Below, one piece after another: positions 56,397 through 64,000 of a stretch of DNA of 64,000 bases. The first letter of the stretch is position 1; each line of letters starts with the position of its first letter. Under the pieces are notes generated by a model. It made no database searches. It saw nothing but the letters and a program-made list of their open reading frames with translations, and had not been told where the DNA came from. Origin of the DNA: Lentimicrobiaceae bacterium (GTDB lineage Bacteria > Bacteroidota > Bacteroidia > Bacteroidales > F082); assembly GCA_015061295.1 (NCBI GenBank), contig SUWU01000004.1, positions 4,436 through 68,435 of the forward strand, written 5' to 3'. A program made the translations under genes and the position numbers.

Positions 56397-58289
56397 TCAC
56401 TTAACAACTAATTTTCTTACGGAGCTATTTTCTCCTTGTTGTATCATGATGAAATAAACGCCATTCTCAACATCTTCGATATTTATTGAAGAGACGTTTC
56501 CTGTGAGTTCTGTCGATTTCACGCAGCGACCTGTCACGTCGAGGATATTTACTTGAGTATCTTTATCGTTCTCCATCTCAACATAAATCATTGAAGTCGC
56601 TGGGTTTGGATACACTGTAAATTGAATGTCGTTCAACTCGATGCAGCCGACTGTTGAGAAGTCTTTAGTTGTTATTATTCCTCTCTCACCTTCTGCGTTG
56701 TAGCCGAATGCCATAACGATATAATCTATATCTGCTTCAAGCTCATCCATTGTTCCTTCTACTGCACCTTCTGTTGGCATACCATATTCATAGAGATAAT
56801 CAGCGCAGAACTCTTCACCATATTGTTCATATTGATCTTTTGGAAGAACGCCATAGAAATATTCTGTTGTATATTCGTTAGGTGTGAATGTCAATTTCAC
56901 TGATGTTGGTGACAACACTTCTACTTCTATTGCTATCTCCGAAGTACCTGTTTCCACATCATCATTCAATGGAGCGACAGTAGTATGCAGACGACTTGTC
57001 AACAATCTATAATCTGGAGTACCATCATAGCGATAACCTAAGACCAACAATTTACCATCTCTTTGCAAATCGACATCTAAAGAAAGTACTTCTACATCTG
57101 ACCATGGAAGAGGGACAATACCTGTCATAAAATCCTCATTCAGTGAGCCATCAGGATTAAGGTTATAAGCATATGCTCGATAGTTAGAGTTTTCTGTATC
57201 TTGAGTATAAAGTGTTCCAAATATCTGATCATCGTGAGCGACTACAAATCCGCGACTATAATTATGGCATTGATCACCTTTTAGGACTTCTAATATCACC
57301 AATCCATTATCGCCAAATGAAGCATCAATTTCACCATCCGTAGTAAGACGTGCGATATAAGTACCTGTGCTAAAATTATCTTCATCTGATGTATCCAAAT
57401 AACCCAACACAAGACATTTACCATCAGATTGCATATCAATAGAATAGACATCGGCATTACCTTCACTAACTCCAAGCAAGATGCTACCATTATCACCGAA
57501 TGTAGCGTCAATGGTACCGTCAGCATTAGCTCTACTTACTCTTGGCACAGGGATACCCCAATAATAGCCTTCCTTTTGTACAAAAGCGTTACCTCCTACC
57601 ATGAGTTTATCATCCTGATCGATACACATGGAGTAGATATAAGTAGAAGAACTCTCTTCTGTCAACCACATTTTACCGTTATCTCCATATGATAAATCCA
57701 ATTCACCTTCGGGAGTATAACGTTCCACTATAGCACCGTCATAAGAAGTATTGTTAGCATAAAATTTACAACCTCCTAAATATAAATTACCTTGCGAATC
57801 CATTGCTATAGCTCGAGCCTCATTCATATCTGAAAGAGCATATCCATTATCACCAAAGTTAGTATTAGCGAAACCATTCTCATCAACACATAAGATATAT
57901 GATTTATTCATAACCCCATCTGCATAGATATGTCCTGCTATATACAAATAATTATCATCTGTCAATATTGAAGCGAAAGGCTCATTTATGGCGGCTGTCA
58001 TATATCTAAAGAAAGCATATCCATTATCACCGTATGTCTCATCTATCGAGCCATCAGGATTTTGGCGTGTGACACAGATATAATAATCTGCGCCTTCTAT
58101 TGATGATTTTGAGATAACCAATATCTTGCCGTCTTTCTGTGCATGTATCGTAGCTTGCAAATCTCTATAATCTGTTGGGTTAAAATCAACAGTACCACCG
58201 TTGCCGTAAGTCTCATCTAATGTTCCTGGATCCTGTGCGAAGCCAACGAACATCAACAACATAAATGCTAAAGTAAATATTTTTTTCAT
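56397..58289 (-). CDS. T9SS-secreted delta-60-repeat (beta-propeller-like) protein, paralog A
   Basis: Signal peptide. Repeated [TS][YF]GDNG[YKSL] motifs about every 60 aa. C-terminal FTVYPNPATSMIYVE..GVYFIMIQ sorting domain. Confidence 0.8.
   Translation of the reverse strand: MKKIFTLAFMLLMFVGFAQDPGTLDETYGNGGTVDFNPTDYRDLQATIHAQKDGKILVISKSSIEGADYYICVTRQNPDGSIDETYGDNGYAFFRYMTAAINEPFASILTDDNYLYIAGHIYADGVMNKSYILCVDENGFANTNFGDNGYALSDMNEARAIAMDSQGNLYLGGCKFYANNTSYDGAIVERYTPEGELDLSYGDNGKMWLTEESSSTYIYSMCIDQDDKLMVGGNAFVQKEGYYWGIPVPRVSRANADGTIDATFGDNGSILLGVSEGNADVYSIDMQSDGKCLVLGYLDTSDEDNFSTGTYIARLTTDGEIDASFGDNGLVILEVLKGDQCHNYSRGFVVAHDDQIFGTLYTQDTENSNYRAYAYNLNPDGSLNEDFMTGIVPLPWSDVEVLSLDVDLQRDGKLLVLGYRYDGTPDYRLLTSRLHTTVAPLNDDVETGTSEIAIEVEVLSPTSVKLTFTPNEYTTEYFYGVLPKDQYEQYGEEFCADYLYEYGMPTEGAVEGTMDELEADIDYIVMAFGYNAEGERGIITTKDFSTVGCIELNDIQFTVYPNPATSMIYVEMENDKDTQVNILDVTGRCVKSTELTGNVSSINIEDVENGVYFIMIQQGENSSVRKLVVK
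56400..56954 (-). repeat. About 555-bp near-identical block, copy A (3' end of delta-60 paralog A)
   Basis: Aligned by eye to 58368-58922 without indels. Only about a dozen substitutions. Confidence 0.9.
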
Positions 58290-58308
58290 AACTTAATCTA
58301 TTTAAAAA

Positions 58309-58342
58309 GACTCAGAACCCAAAAAAATCTGAGTTCTGAGTC
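58309..58342 (-). terminator. Hairpin terminator after delta-60 paralog B
   Basis: 10-bp stem gactcagaac / gttctgagtc. A T-run follows on the minus strand. Confidence 0.55.
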
Positions 58343-58364
58343 TTTGTCTGTGTCTGCGTTAATA

Positions 58365-60284
58365 TTATTTAACAACTAATTTTCTTACGGAGCTATTTTC
58401 TCCTTGTTGAATCATGATAAAATAAACGCCATTCTCAACATCTTCGATATTTATTGAAGAGACGTTTCCTTTGAGTTCTGCCGATTTCACGCAGCGACCT
58501 GTCACGTCGAGGATACTTACTTGAGTATCTTTATCGTTCTCCATCTCAACATAAATCATTGAAGTCGCTGGGTTTGGATACACTGTAAATTGAATGTCGT
58601 TTAACTCGATGCAGCCGACTGTTGAGAAGTCTTTAGTTGTTATTATTCCTCTCTCACCTTCTGCGTTGTAGCCGAATGCCATAACGATATAATCTGCATC
58701 TGCTTCAAGATCATCCATTGTTCCTTCTACTGCACCTTCTGTTGGCATACCATATTCATAGAGATAATCAGCGCAGAAGTCTTCTCCATATTGTTCATAT
58801 TGATCTTTTGGAAGAACGCCATAGAAATATTCTGTTGTATATTCGTTAGGTGTGAATGTCAGTTTCACTGATGTTGGTGACAACACTTCTACTTCTATTG
58901 CTATCTCTGAAGTACCCGTTTCTCCGCCTTGTTGTGGAGCAACACTTGTATGGATACGGCTCGACATTAAATTCAAGTCAACAAAGTTAGGATTTGTTGG
59001 TTGCATATCAACCCAACCAACGACGACTATCTTACCATCTTTCTGAATATCAAGAGAGGTTGACTGTCCGTTAGGATATTCACTCCATGGAAGAGGAAGC
59101 AAGCCTGTACCAGCGAAGTCTTCGTTAGCAGTACCATCAGCATTCATATTATACGCATATTGACGATATCTATCTTGTACATAATCTTTTGTATAAACAA
59201 CTCCGAAGATTTGGTCATCATGAGCGACTTCTATATCATTACTATAGTTTTCACAGCCATCACCAACAGCGATCTCGTATGTTGTAAATCCATTATCACC
59301 AAATGAAGTATCAAATTCACCATCCTTAGTAATACGTGTTACATAAGTTGCTGTTCTACCATAGTTATCTTCAGCATCAAAATCTGTTGTTTCATTCCAA
59401 CCGACAACGATATATTTTCCATCAGATTGTACTTCAATATCACGTATTTGACTATTTATCTCATTGATGCCCATAATAAAGCATCCATTATCAGCAAATG
59501 TATTATCCATGCTACCATCTGTATTAAGTCTCCACAATCTTGGATCTCTAATCTGTGAAGAATAAGCTGGTTTCTCAACGAACACTATACCACCTGCAAG
59601 AAGTTTATCATCTTCCACCACTTTGATAGCGTCAATATATGAAGAAAAACCTGGTTCTTGTATCAATAAATCACCGCCATCGCCCCATGAAGCATCTAAT
59701 TGTCCATCTGGTGTATAACGTTGTATAAATGCTACATCTAAGCCAGCACTAGTATAACCAGCAGCATAGATTCTTCCTTGTGAGTCTATTGCTATATCTA
59801 AGAATTCTGTACCGTCTCTATCGCACATAACCCAACCATTATCACCAAAATCAGTATTAGCGAAACCATTTTCATCAATACATACGACATTTGCTGTGCT
59901 AATGACTTCTTCTGAATAAATCTTGCCTGCTACATACAATTGTCCATCTTCACCTAATACCGATGCTATTGGAGAATTTTTATATACTATCTGTTGTTGG
60001 AAGAAAGCATATCCATTATCACCATATGTCTCATCTGTTGAACCATCAGGGTTTTGACGTGTGACACAGATATAATAGTTAGCGCCATCTTTACGCGAGT
60101 TAGAGACTATCAATATCTTTCCATCATCTTGTACATGAACCATAGGATCGTTTTCAAGATATTGTGTAGGATTAACTACGACAGTACCGCCGTTGCCGTA
60201 GGTCTCATCTAATGTTCCTGGATCTTGTGCAAAACCAATGAACATCATCATGCACATAAGCACTAATGTAAACAGTTTTTTCAT
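58365..60284 (-). CDS. T9SS-secreted delta-60-repeat protein, paralog B
   Basis: Same architecture as paralog A. The last 185 codons are nearly identical at nucleotide level. Confidence 0.8.
   Translation of the reverse strand: MKKLFTLVLMCMMMFIGFAQDPGTLDETYGNGGTVVVNPTQYLENDPMVHVQDDGKILIVSNSRKDGANYYICVTRQNPDGSTDETYGDNGYAFFQQQIVYKNSPIASVLGEDGQLYVAGKIYSEEVISTANVVCIDENGFANTDFGDNGWVMCDRDGTEFLDIAIDSQGRIYAAGYTSAGLDVAFIQRYTPDGQLDASWGDGGDLLIQEPGFSSYIDAIKVVEDDKLLAGGIVFVEKPAYSSQIRDPRLWRLNTDGSMDNTFADNGCFIMGINEINSQIRDIEVQSDGKYIVVGWNETTDFDAEDNYGRTATYVTRITKDGEFDTSFGDNGFTTYEIAVGDGCENYSNDIEVAHDDQIFGVVYTKDYVQDRYRQYAYNMNADGTANEDFAGTGLLPLPWSEYPNGQSTSLDIQKDGKIVVVGWVDMQPTNPNFVDLNLMSSRIHTSVAPQQGGETGTSEIAIEVEVLSPTSVKLTFTPNEYTTEYFYGVLPKDQYEQYGEDFCADYLYEYGMPTEGAVEGTMDDLEADADYIVMAFGYNAEGERGIITTKDFSTVGCIELNDIQFTVYPNPATSMIYVEMENDKDTQVSILDVTGRCVKSAELKGNVSSINIEDVENGVYFIMIQQGENSSVRKLVVK
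58368..58922 (-). repeat. About 555-bp near-identical block, copy B (3' end of delta-60 paralog B)
   Basis: See copy A. Confidence 0.9.
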
Positions 60285-60332
60285 CTTTTTAATTATTAGT
60301 TAAACATTTAATTCTATTTTAAAAAATTGCTA

Positions 60333-60340
60333 CAAATTTA
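60333..60340 (-). promoter_or_regulatory. Candidate -7 box for delta-60 paralog B
   Basis: Reverse complement taaatttg, 49 nt upstream of the start. Confidence 0.4.
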
Positions 60341-60384
60341 ATATAAATAATTGTATCAAGAGAGCATTTTCCCATATTATTTTT

Positions 60385-60392
60385 TATTTTTG
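60385..60392 (+). promoter_or_regulatory. Candidate -7 box for yqaE-like/queA
   Basis: tatttttg, 13 nt before ATG 60405. Confidence 0.45.
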
Positions 60393-60404
60393 CAAGAAAA
60401 AATT

Positions 60405-60557
60405 ATGTCATTAATCAGAGTCATTCTATCTATCATTTTTCCTCCTTTAGCTGTATTGGATCAAGGCTGCGGATCTATTCTTATCGTATTTATACTTACA
60501 CTATGCGGTTGGATTCCTGGCGTTATCGCTGCATTAGTCATTCTTAATAAAAGTTAA
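60405..60557 (+). CDS. YqaE/Pmp3-family small membrane proteolipid
   Basis: 50 aa. IIFPPLAV..CGWIPGVIAAL signature. Start at ATG 60405, 13 nt after the -7 box. Confidence 0.8.
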   Translation: MSLIRVILSIIFPPLAVLDQGCGSILIVFILTLCGWIPGVIAALVILNKS

Positions 60558-60571
60558 TAAGTCTTAACATT

Positions 60572-61864
60572 ATGATTGATAAAGTCAGAAATATTTCTAT
60601 TGAGGATTACGATTATCCACTCCCCGATGAGCGCATCGCTAAGTATCCTTTAAGTGAACGTGACGCTTCGAAGTTGTTAGTATTAAACAAAGACAACATA
60701 TCATCTTCTCATTTTAAAGATATAGGCGACTTCCTCCCAAAGGATTCTCTTCTTATCTTTAACGAGACAAAAGTCGTGAGGGCAAGACTTCAGTTTACCA
60801 AAGACAGTGGCGCTGCCATAGAGATATTCTGCTTAGAACCCATAACAGGCAACGGCGATTACCAACTCGCCTTCAGTAGCAAATCACCATCAAGATGGAA
60901 GTGCTTAGTAGGGAACTCCCGCCGCTGGAAAAACGAAACGGCTTTAAGTCTCCGAGTCCCCGTGTCCCCGTGTCCCCGTGTCCCCGTGTCAAGGTCATTG
61001 TCAGTGTCAGTGTCAGAGTCAACGTCAATGTCAGAGTCAACTCTTTATGCGAAGCGTTTGGAGAAGAACGACAATTACTCTGTGGTAGAGTTTTCTTGGG
61101 AGCCTGAGGAGTTAAGTTTCGCCGAGGTGTTGGAAGCAGCAGGCGAGATACCTCTTCCTCCTTATCTTCACCGCGAGGCAGAAGAGTCGGACAGAGAACG
61201 CTATCAGACTGTCTTTGCAAGACATGAAGGCTCAGTGGCCGCTCCAACAGCGGGGCTACATTTTACCGATGATCTAATTAACGACCTAAAAGAAAAAGGA
61301 ATATCTTTCGAAAAAGTGACGCTACATGTCGGAGCAGGAACGTTCCGTCCCGTGTCGTCGGAGACGATAGGAGAACATGAGATGCACTCCGAGACGATAG
61401 TAGTTAAAAAATCATGCATCGAAAATATATTAAGGAATATCGACAAGACCATCATTCCCGTCGGCACTACAAGCATGAGAACGATAGAGTCGTTATATTG
61501 GATAGGACTTATGTTGAAAGAAGAAGGTTTGGAAGAACGACATCTTCATCTTGAGCAGTGGTTTCCATATAAAGAAAGAGAGACACTTCCGCCAGCAGAA
61601 AAATCTCTCTCAACAATATTAGATTATCTAAAATCTCATAATCTTAACGAGTTACACGCCACCACAGCTTTAATGATAGCACCATCGTGTAAGATAAACA
61701 TCGCCAAAGCTCTGATAACAAATTTCCACCAACCTAAGAGCACCTTATTATTATTGGTGTCGGCTCTCATCGGAGAACGATGGAAAGAAGCATACCAATA
61801 CGCCTTAGATAACGACTTCAGATTTCTGAGCTACGGCGACAGTTGCCTTTTTATCAATGAATAA
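60572..61864 (+). CDS. queA: S-adenosylmethionine:tRNA ribosyltransferase-isomerase with a repeat-derived in-frame insertion
   Basis: YDYPLPDERIAKYP, IPLPPYL, YQTVFA..GSVAAPTAGLHFT, NFHQPKSTLL motifs. The segment SLRVPVSPCPRVPVSRSLSVSVSESTSMSEST is encoded by word arrays. Confidence 0.9.
   Translation: MIDKVRNISIEDYDYPLPDERIAKYPLSERDASKLLVLNKDNISSSHFKDIGDFLPKDSLLIFNETKVVRARLQFTKDSGAAIEIFCLEPITGNGDYQLAFSSKSPSRWKCLVGNSRRWKNETALSLRVPVSPCPRVPVSRSLSVSVSESTSMSESTLYAKRLEKNDNYSVVEFSWEPEELSFAEVLEAAGEIPLPPYLHREAEESDRERYQTVFARHEGSVAAPTAGLHFTDDLINDLKEKGISFEKVTLHVGAGTFRPVSSETIGEHEMHSETIVVKKSCIENILRNIDKTIIPVGTTSMRTIESLYWIGLMLKEEGLEERHLHLEQWFPYKERETLPPAEKSLSTILDYLKSHNLNELHATTALMIAPSCKINIAKALITNFHQPKSTLLLLVSALIGERWKEAYQYALDNDFRFLSYGDSCLFINE
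60948..61041. repeat. Word array R26 inside queA: octamers GTCCCCGT x4, then hexamers GTCAGT/GTCAGA/GTCAAC/GTCAAT
   Basis: Read in frame as SLRVPVSPCPRVPVSRSLSVSVSESTSMSEST. Confidence 0.95.
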
Positions 61865-61983
61865 TGTACAATGAACAATGACAATGACAATGACAATGAA
61901 CAATGACAATGAACAATGACAATGAACATTATACATTGTACATTATTAATTGTTAATTGTCAATTGTTAATTGTTAATTGTCT
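61865..61983. repeat. Word array R27: AATGAC/AATGAAC arm and inverted ATTGTTA/ATTGTCA arm
   Basis: Lies between convergent queA and the SulP gene. The right arm includes the last 5 SulP codons and its stop. Confidence 0.95.
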
Positions 61984-63700
61984 TCGACACTTCTTCTGCT
62001 CTGGCGAGCGCCTTATGGATGTGGTCGAGAACGTTTTCCTCTCCTACCATATCGACGATGCCAGCTTGTTTGATAGAGGCATGTACACTTTCATTAACAC
62101 CAGATAATATTATGATATGACCTTCGTCCTGTGCCGACTTGATGAAAATCTCAAGGTTGTGAATACCAGTAGCGTCAATAAAACTTACCTTACGCATTCT
62201 GATGATACGAATGACATTATCGGAATGACGATATGACAACTCCTCGAATTTATTAGCGATACCGAAGAAGAAAGGTCCTTCAATCTCATAGACTTCTGTC
62301 TTTGCAGGAATGATAAGTTTCTCATCTTGCTCGCCATCATGATGAACATCCATCTCATCTTGAATGACAGAAATACTTGTGCTTTCCATGACACGTTTCA
62401 AGAACAATATGATAGCCATAACCAAGCCAATTTCAATAGCGATTGTCAAGTCGAAGATGACGGTGAGTAATAATGTAGTGAAGAGCACTGCGATGTCGCT
62501 TCTCGATTGTTTGCACATTGAGACGATTGTTCTCCAGCCGCTCATGTTATAAGAAACGACGATAAGTACGCCAGCGAGACACGACATCGGAATGAGACCG
62601 ACGAGGCTACCTAAGAACAGCAACACCATTAATAATACTACAGTGTGAATGATGCCCGCCACTGGAGTGCGACCGCCATTGTTGATATTCGCCATGGTAC
62701 GAGCTATAGCACCTGTTGCAGGGATACCTCCGAAGAAAGGAACGACGACGTTAGCGATACCGTTACCGATAAGCTCTGTGTTGGAGTTATGCCTGTCGCT
62801 GATAACACCGTCGGCTACCATTGCAGATAGTAACGATTCTATTGCGCCCAACATCGCGATGGTGAAAGCTGCAGGAAGAACTGCTTGTGCCGTTGAGAAG
62901 AAAGTCTCGCCTTCTGCCAAAGCTGGCATTCTGAATGAAGGAAGACCTGAAGGCAACTCGTACAAATCGCCGATAGTCTTGATAGAATCGACACCAGCAT
63001 ATTTCTTCAAAATCCATGTAACGATAGTCATGATGATGATTGCCAACAACGAGCCAGGAATCTTCTTTGAGATTTTAGGAGTGAATGCTATTATCAAGAT
63101 GCTGAGTACACCTATTAATAATGCCCACCAATTTATGTTAGAAAGGTTTTGGAAGTAACAAGCCCATTTGTCGATGAAGTTGGCAGGGACGTTTTCGATG
63201 CCGAGGCCGAAGAGGTCGTTCATCTGTGTTGAGAATATTGTTATCGCTATACCGCCTGTGAAACCTACTATGATAGGATAAGGCATGAACTTGATGATGC
63301 TTCCGAGTTTAAAGACACCCATCGCGATCTGCATCAGACCTGCTAAGATAGTAGCGATAGCGAGACCTGTCAAGCCATATTGTTGGATGATGCCATAGAT
63401 GATAACGATGAAAGCTCCCGTTGGACCGCCTATCTGCACTTTGGAGCCACCGAGAGCAGAGATGATGAAACCAGCCATGATAGCGGTGACGAGACCTTCG
63501 GTAGGACCTACGCCAGAAGCGATACCGAAAGCGATGGCTAAAGGAATAGCCACTATACCTACGATGACACCAGCCATCGCATCTTTAGCGAACATCTGTT
63601 TGTTGTAATTTTTTAATGTTGAAAACAAGCGCGGCTTGAAATCAATGGAAAATCTACGGCTTTTCTTTGCCTTGTTGTTAACAGTATTTGTTTCTGCCAT
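61967..63700 (-). CDS. SulP-family anion transporter with C-terminal STAS domain
   Basis: Polytopic N-terminal part (GGPTGAF, NTELIGNGIAN) plus a STAS-like C-terminus. The last codons TINN and the stop lie in a heptamer array. Confidence 0.9.
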   Translation of the reverse strand: MAETNTVNNKAKKSRRFSIDFKPRLFSTLKNYNKQMFAKDAMAGVIVGIVAIPLAIAFGIASGVGPTEGLVTAIMAGFIISALGGSKVQIGGPTGAFIVIIYGIIQQYGLTGLAIATILAGLMQIAMGVFKLGSIIKFMPYPIIVGFTGGIAITIFSTQMNDLFGLGIENVPANFIDKWACYFQNLSNINWWALLIGVLSILIIAFTPKISKKIPGSLLAIIIMTIVTWILKKYAGVDSIKTIGDLYELPSGLPSFRMPALAEGETFFSTAQAVLPAAFTIAMLGAIESLLSAMVADGVISDRHNSNTELIGNGIANVVVPFFGGIPATGAIARTMANINNGGRTPVAGIIHTVVLLMVLLFLGSLVGLIPMSCLAGVLIVVSYNMSGWRTIVSMCKQSRSDIAVLFTTLLLTVIFDLTIAIEIGLVMAIILFLKRVMESTSISVIQDEMDVHHDGEQDEKLIIPAKTEVYEIEGPFFFGIANKFEELSYRHSDNVIRIIRMRKVSFIDATGIHNLEIFIKSAQDEGHIIILSGVNESVHASIKQAGIVDMVGEENVLDHIHKALARAEEVSKTINN

Positions 63701-63774
63701 GACAAAAAAACTTTTGAATGATAATGACTTATAATTGTTTTTTTATAAAATTTCTGCTATCATTTTTGAAGGTG

Positions 63775-63782
63775 CAAAGATA
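63775..63782 (-). promoter_or_regulatory. Candidate -7 box for the SulP transporter gene
   Basis: Reverse complement tatctttg, 75 nt upstream of the start. Confidence 0.4.
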
Positions 63783-63850
63783 GGAAAAAAGTCTAAAGGC
63801 TAAGGACGAGAGATGAAAGTTTTTTATCTGAGAATGATTTTAAATGTGAA

Positions 63851-64000
63851 TTATTTTTTAATCTTTTTTTTCTGTTGTGAGAGAAATAACTCTTTTTGAA
63901 AATCAATTTCTTTCTCCAATTCTTTTTCAGATGGAAGATAATTCATATACTGAGATGCGAACAATTGTTTATTTTCGTGCAACACAGAATAACGAGCCAT
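63851..64000 (-). CDS. 3' end of a probable PD-(D/E)xK nuclease family (DUF1016/YhcG-like) gene; upstream part lies outside the window
   Basis: Reverse complement reads ..ARYSVLHENKQLFASQYMNYLPSEKELEKEI.., which resembles the conserved C-terminus of YhcG-type proteins. Frame is open to the window edge and the stop is at 63851-63853. Confidence 0.4.
   Translation of the reverse strand: MARYSVLHENKQLFASQYMNYLPSEKELEKEIDFQKELFLSQQKKKIKK

Overview
This is a low-GC chromosomal segment that looks like Bacteroidota, probably Bacteroidales-like. The evidence is type IX secretion C-terminal sorting domains, TAnnTTTG -7 promoter boxes with A-rich leaders instead of Shine-Dalgarno sites, and DUF4296, DUF4271 and DUF6029-type genes. 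I call 52 protein genes and 2 tRNA genes (both anticodon CAT). Most are core housekeeping: era, der, adk, hpt, lysC, recQ, uvrC, queA, dusB, rnpA, yidD, hemD, pta-ackA, ettA, thiL and malQ. There is also envelope/LPS machinery: kpsF, lptB, pssA, an LptF/G permease, two GT4 glycosyltransferases, GtrA, an O-antigen-ligase-like protein and a PagL-like deacylase. Gut-type stress genes are present (glutamate decarboxylase, a GadC-like antiporter, a choloylglycine hydrolase). Four large T9SS cargo proteins complete the set. I see no transposase, integrase, phage module, CRISPR array or rRNA. The most unusual signal is not a gene. I count 28 blocks by eye of short-period tandem 'word' arrays (6-, 7-, 8- and 12-nt units drawn from a small shared vocabulary such as GACAAT, TTGACAA/TTAACAA, CTTGGTGA/CTCAGTGA, GCTGAGAT/GCTAAGTT, GGCTAAT). 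They sit directly after stop codons, form long palindromes between convergent genes, donate the last codons and stop codon of several genes, and are inserted in frame inside conserved enzymes (malQ twice, uvrC, queA, a CPBP protease tail). Identical 19-46 nt strings are shared between coding and intergenic copies. Secondary candidates are: an AAA/DUF4143 ATPase cassette bracketed by perfect 39-bp direct repeats; a P-loop kinase plus dCMP-deaminase fusion resembling nucleotide-depletion defence proteins; and a tandem pair of delta-60-repeat T9SS proteins with a near-identical 3' block. All family calls rest on motif recognition by eye. No database search was possible.
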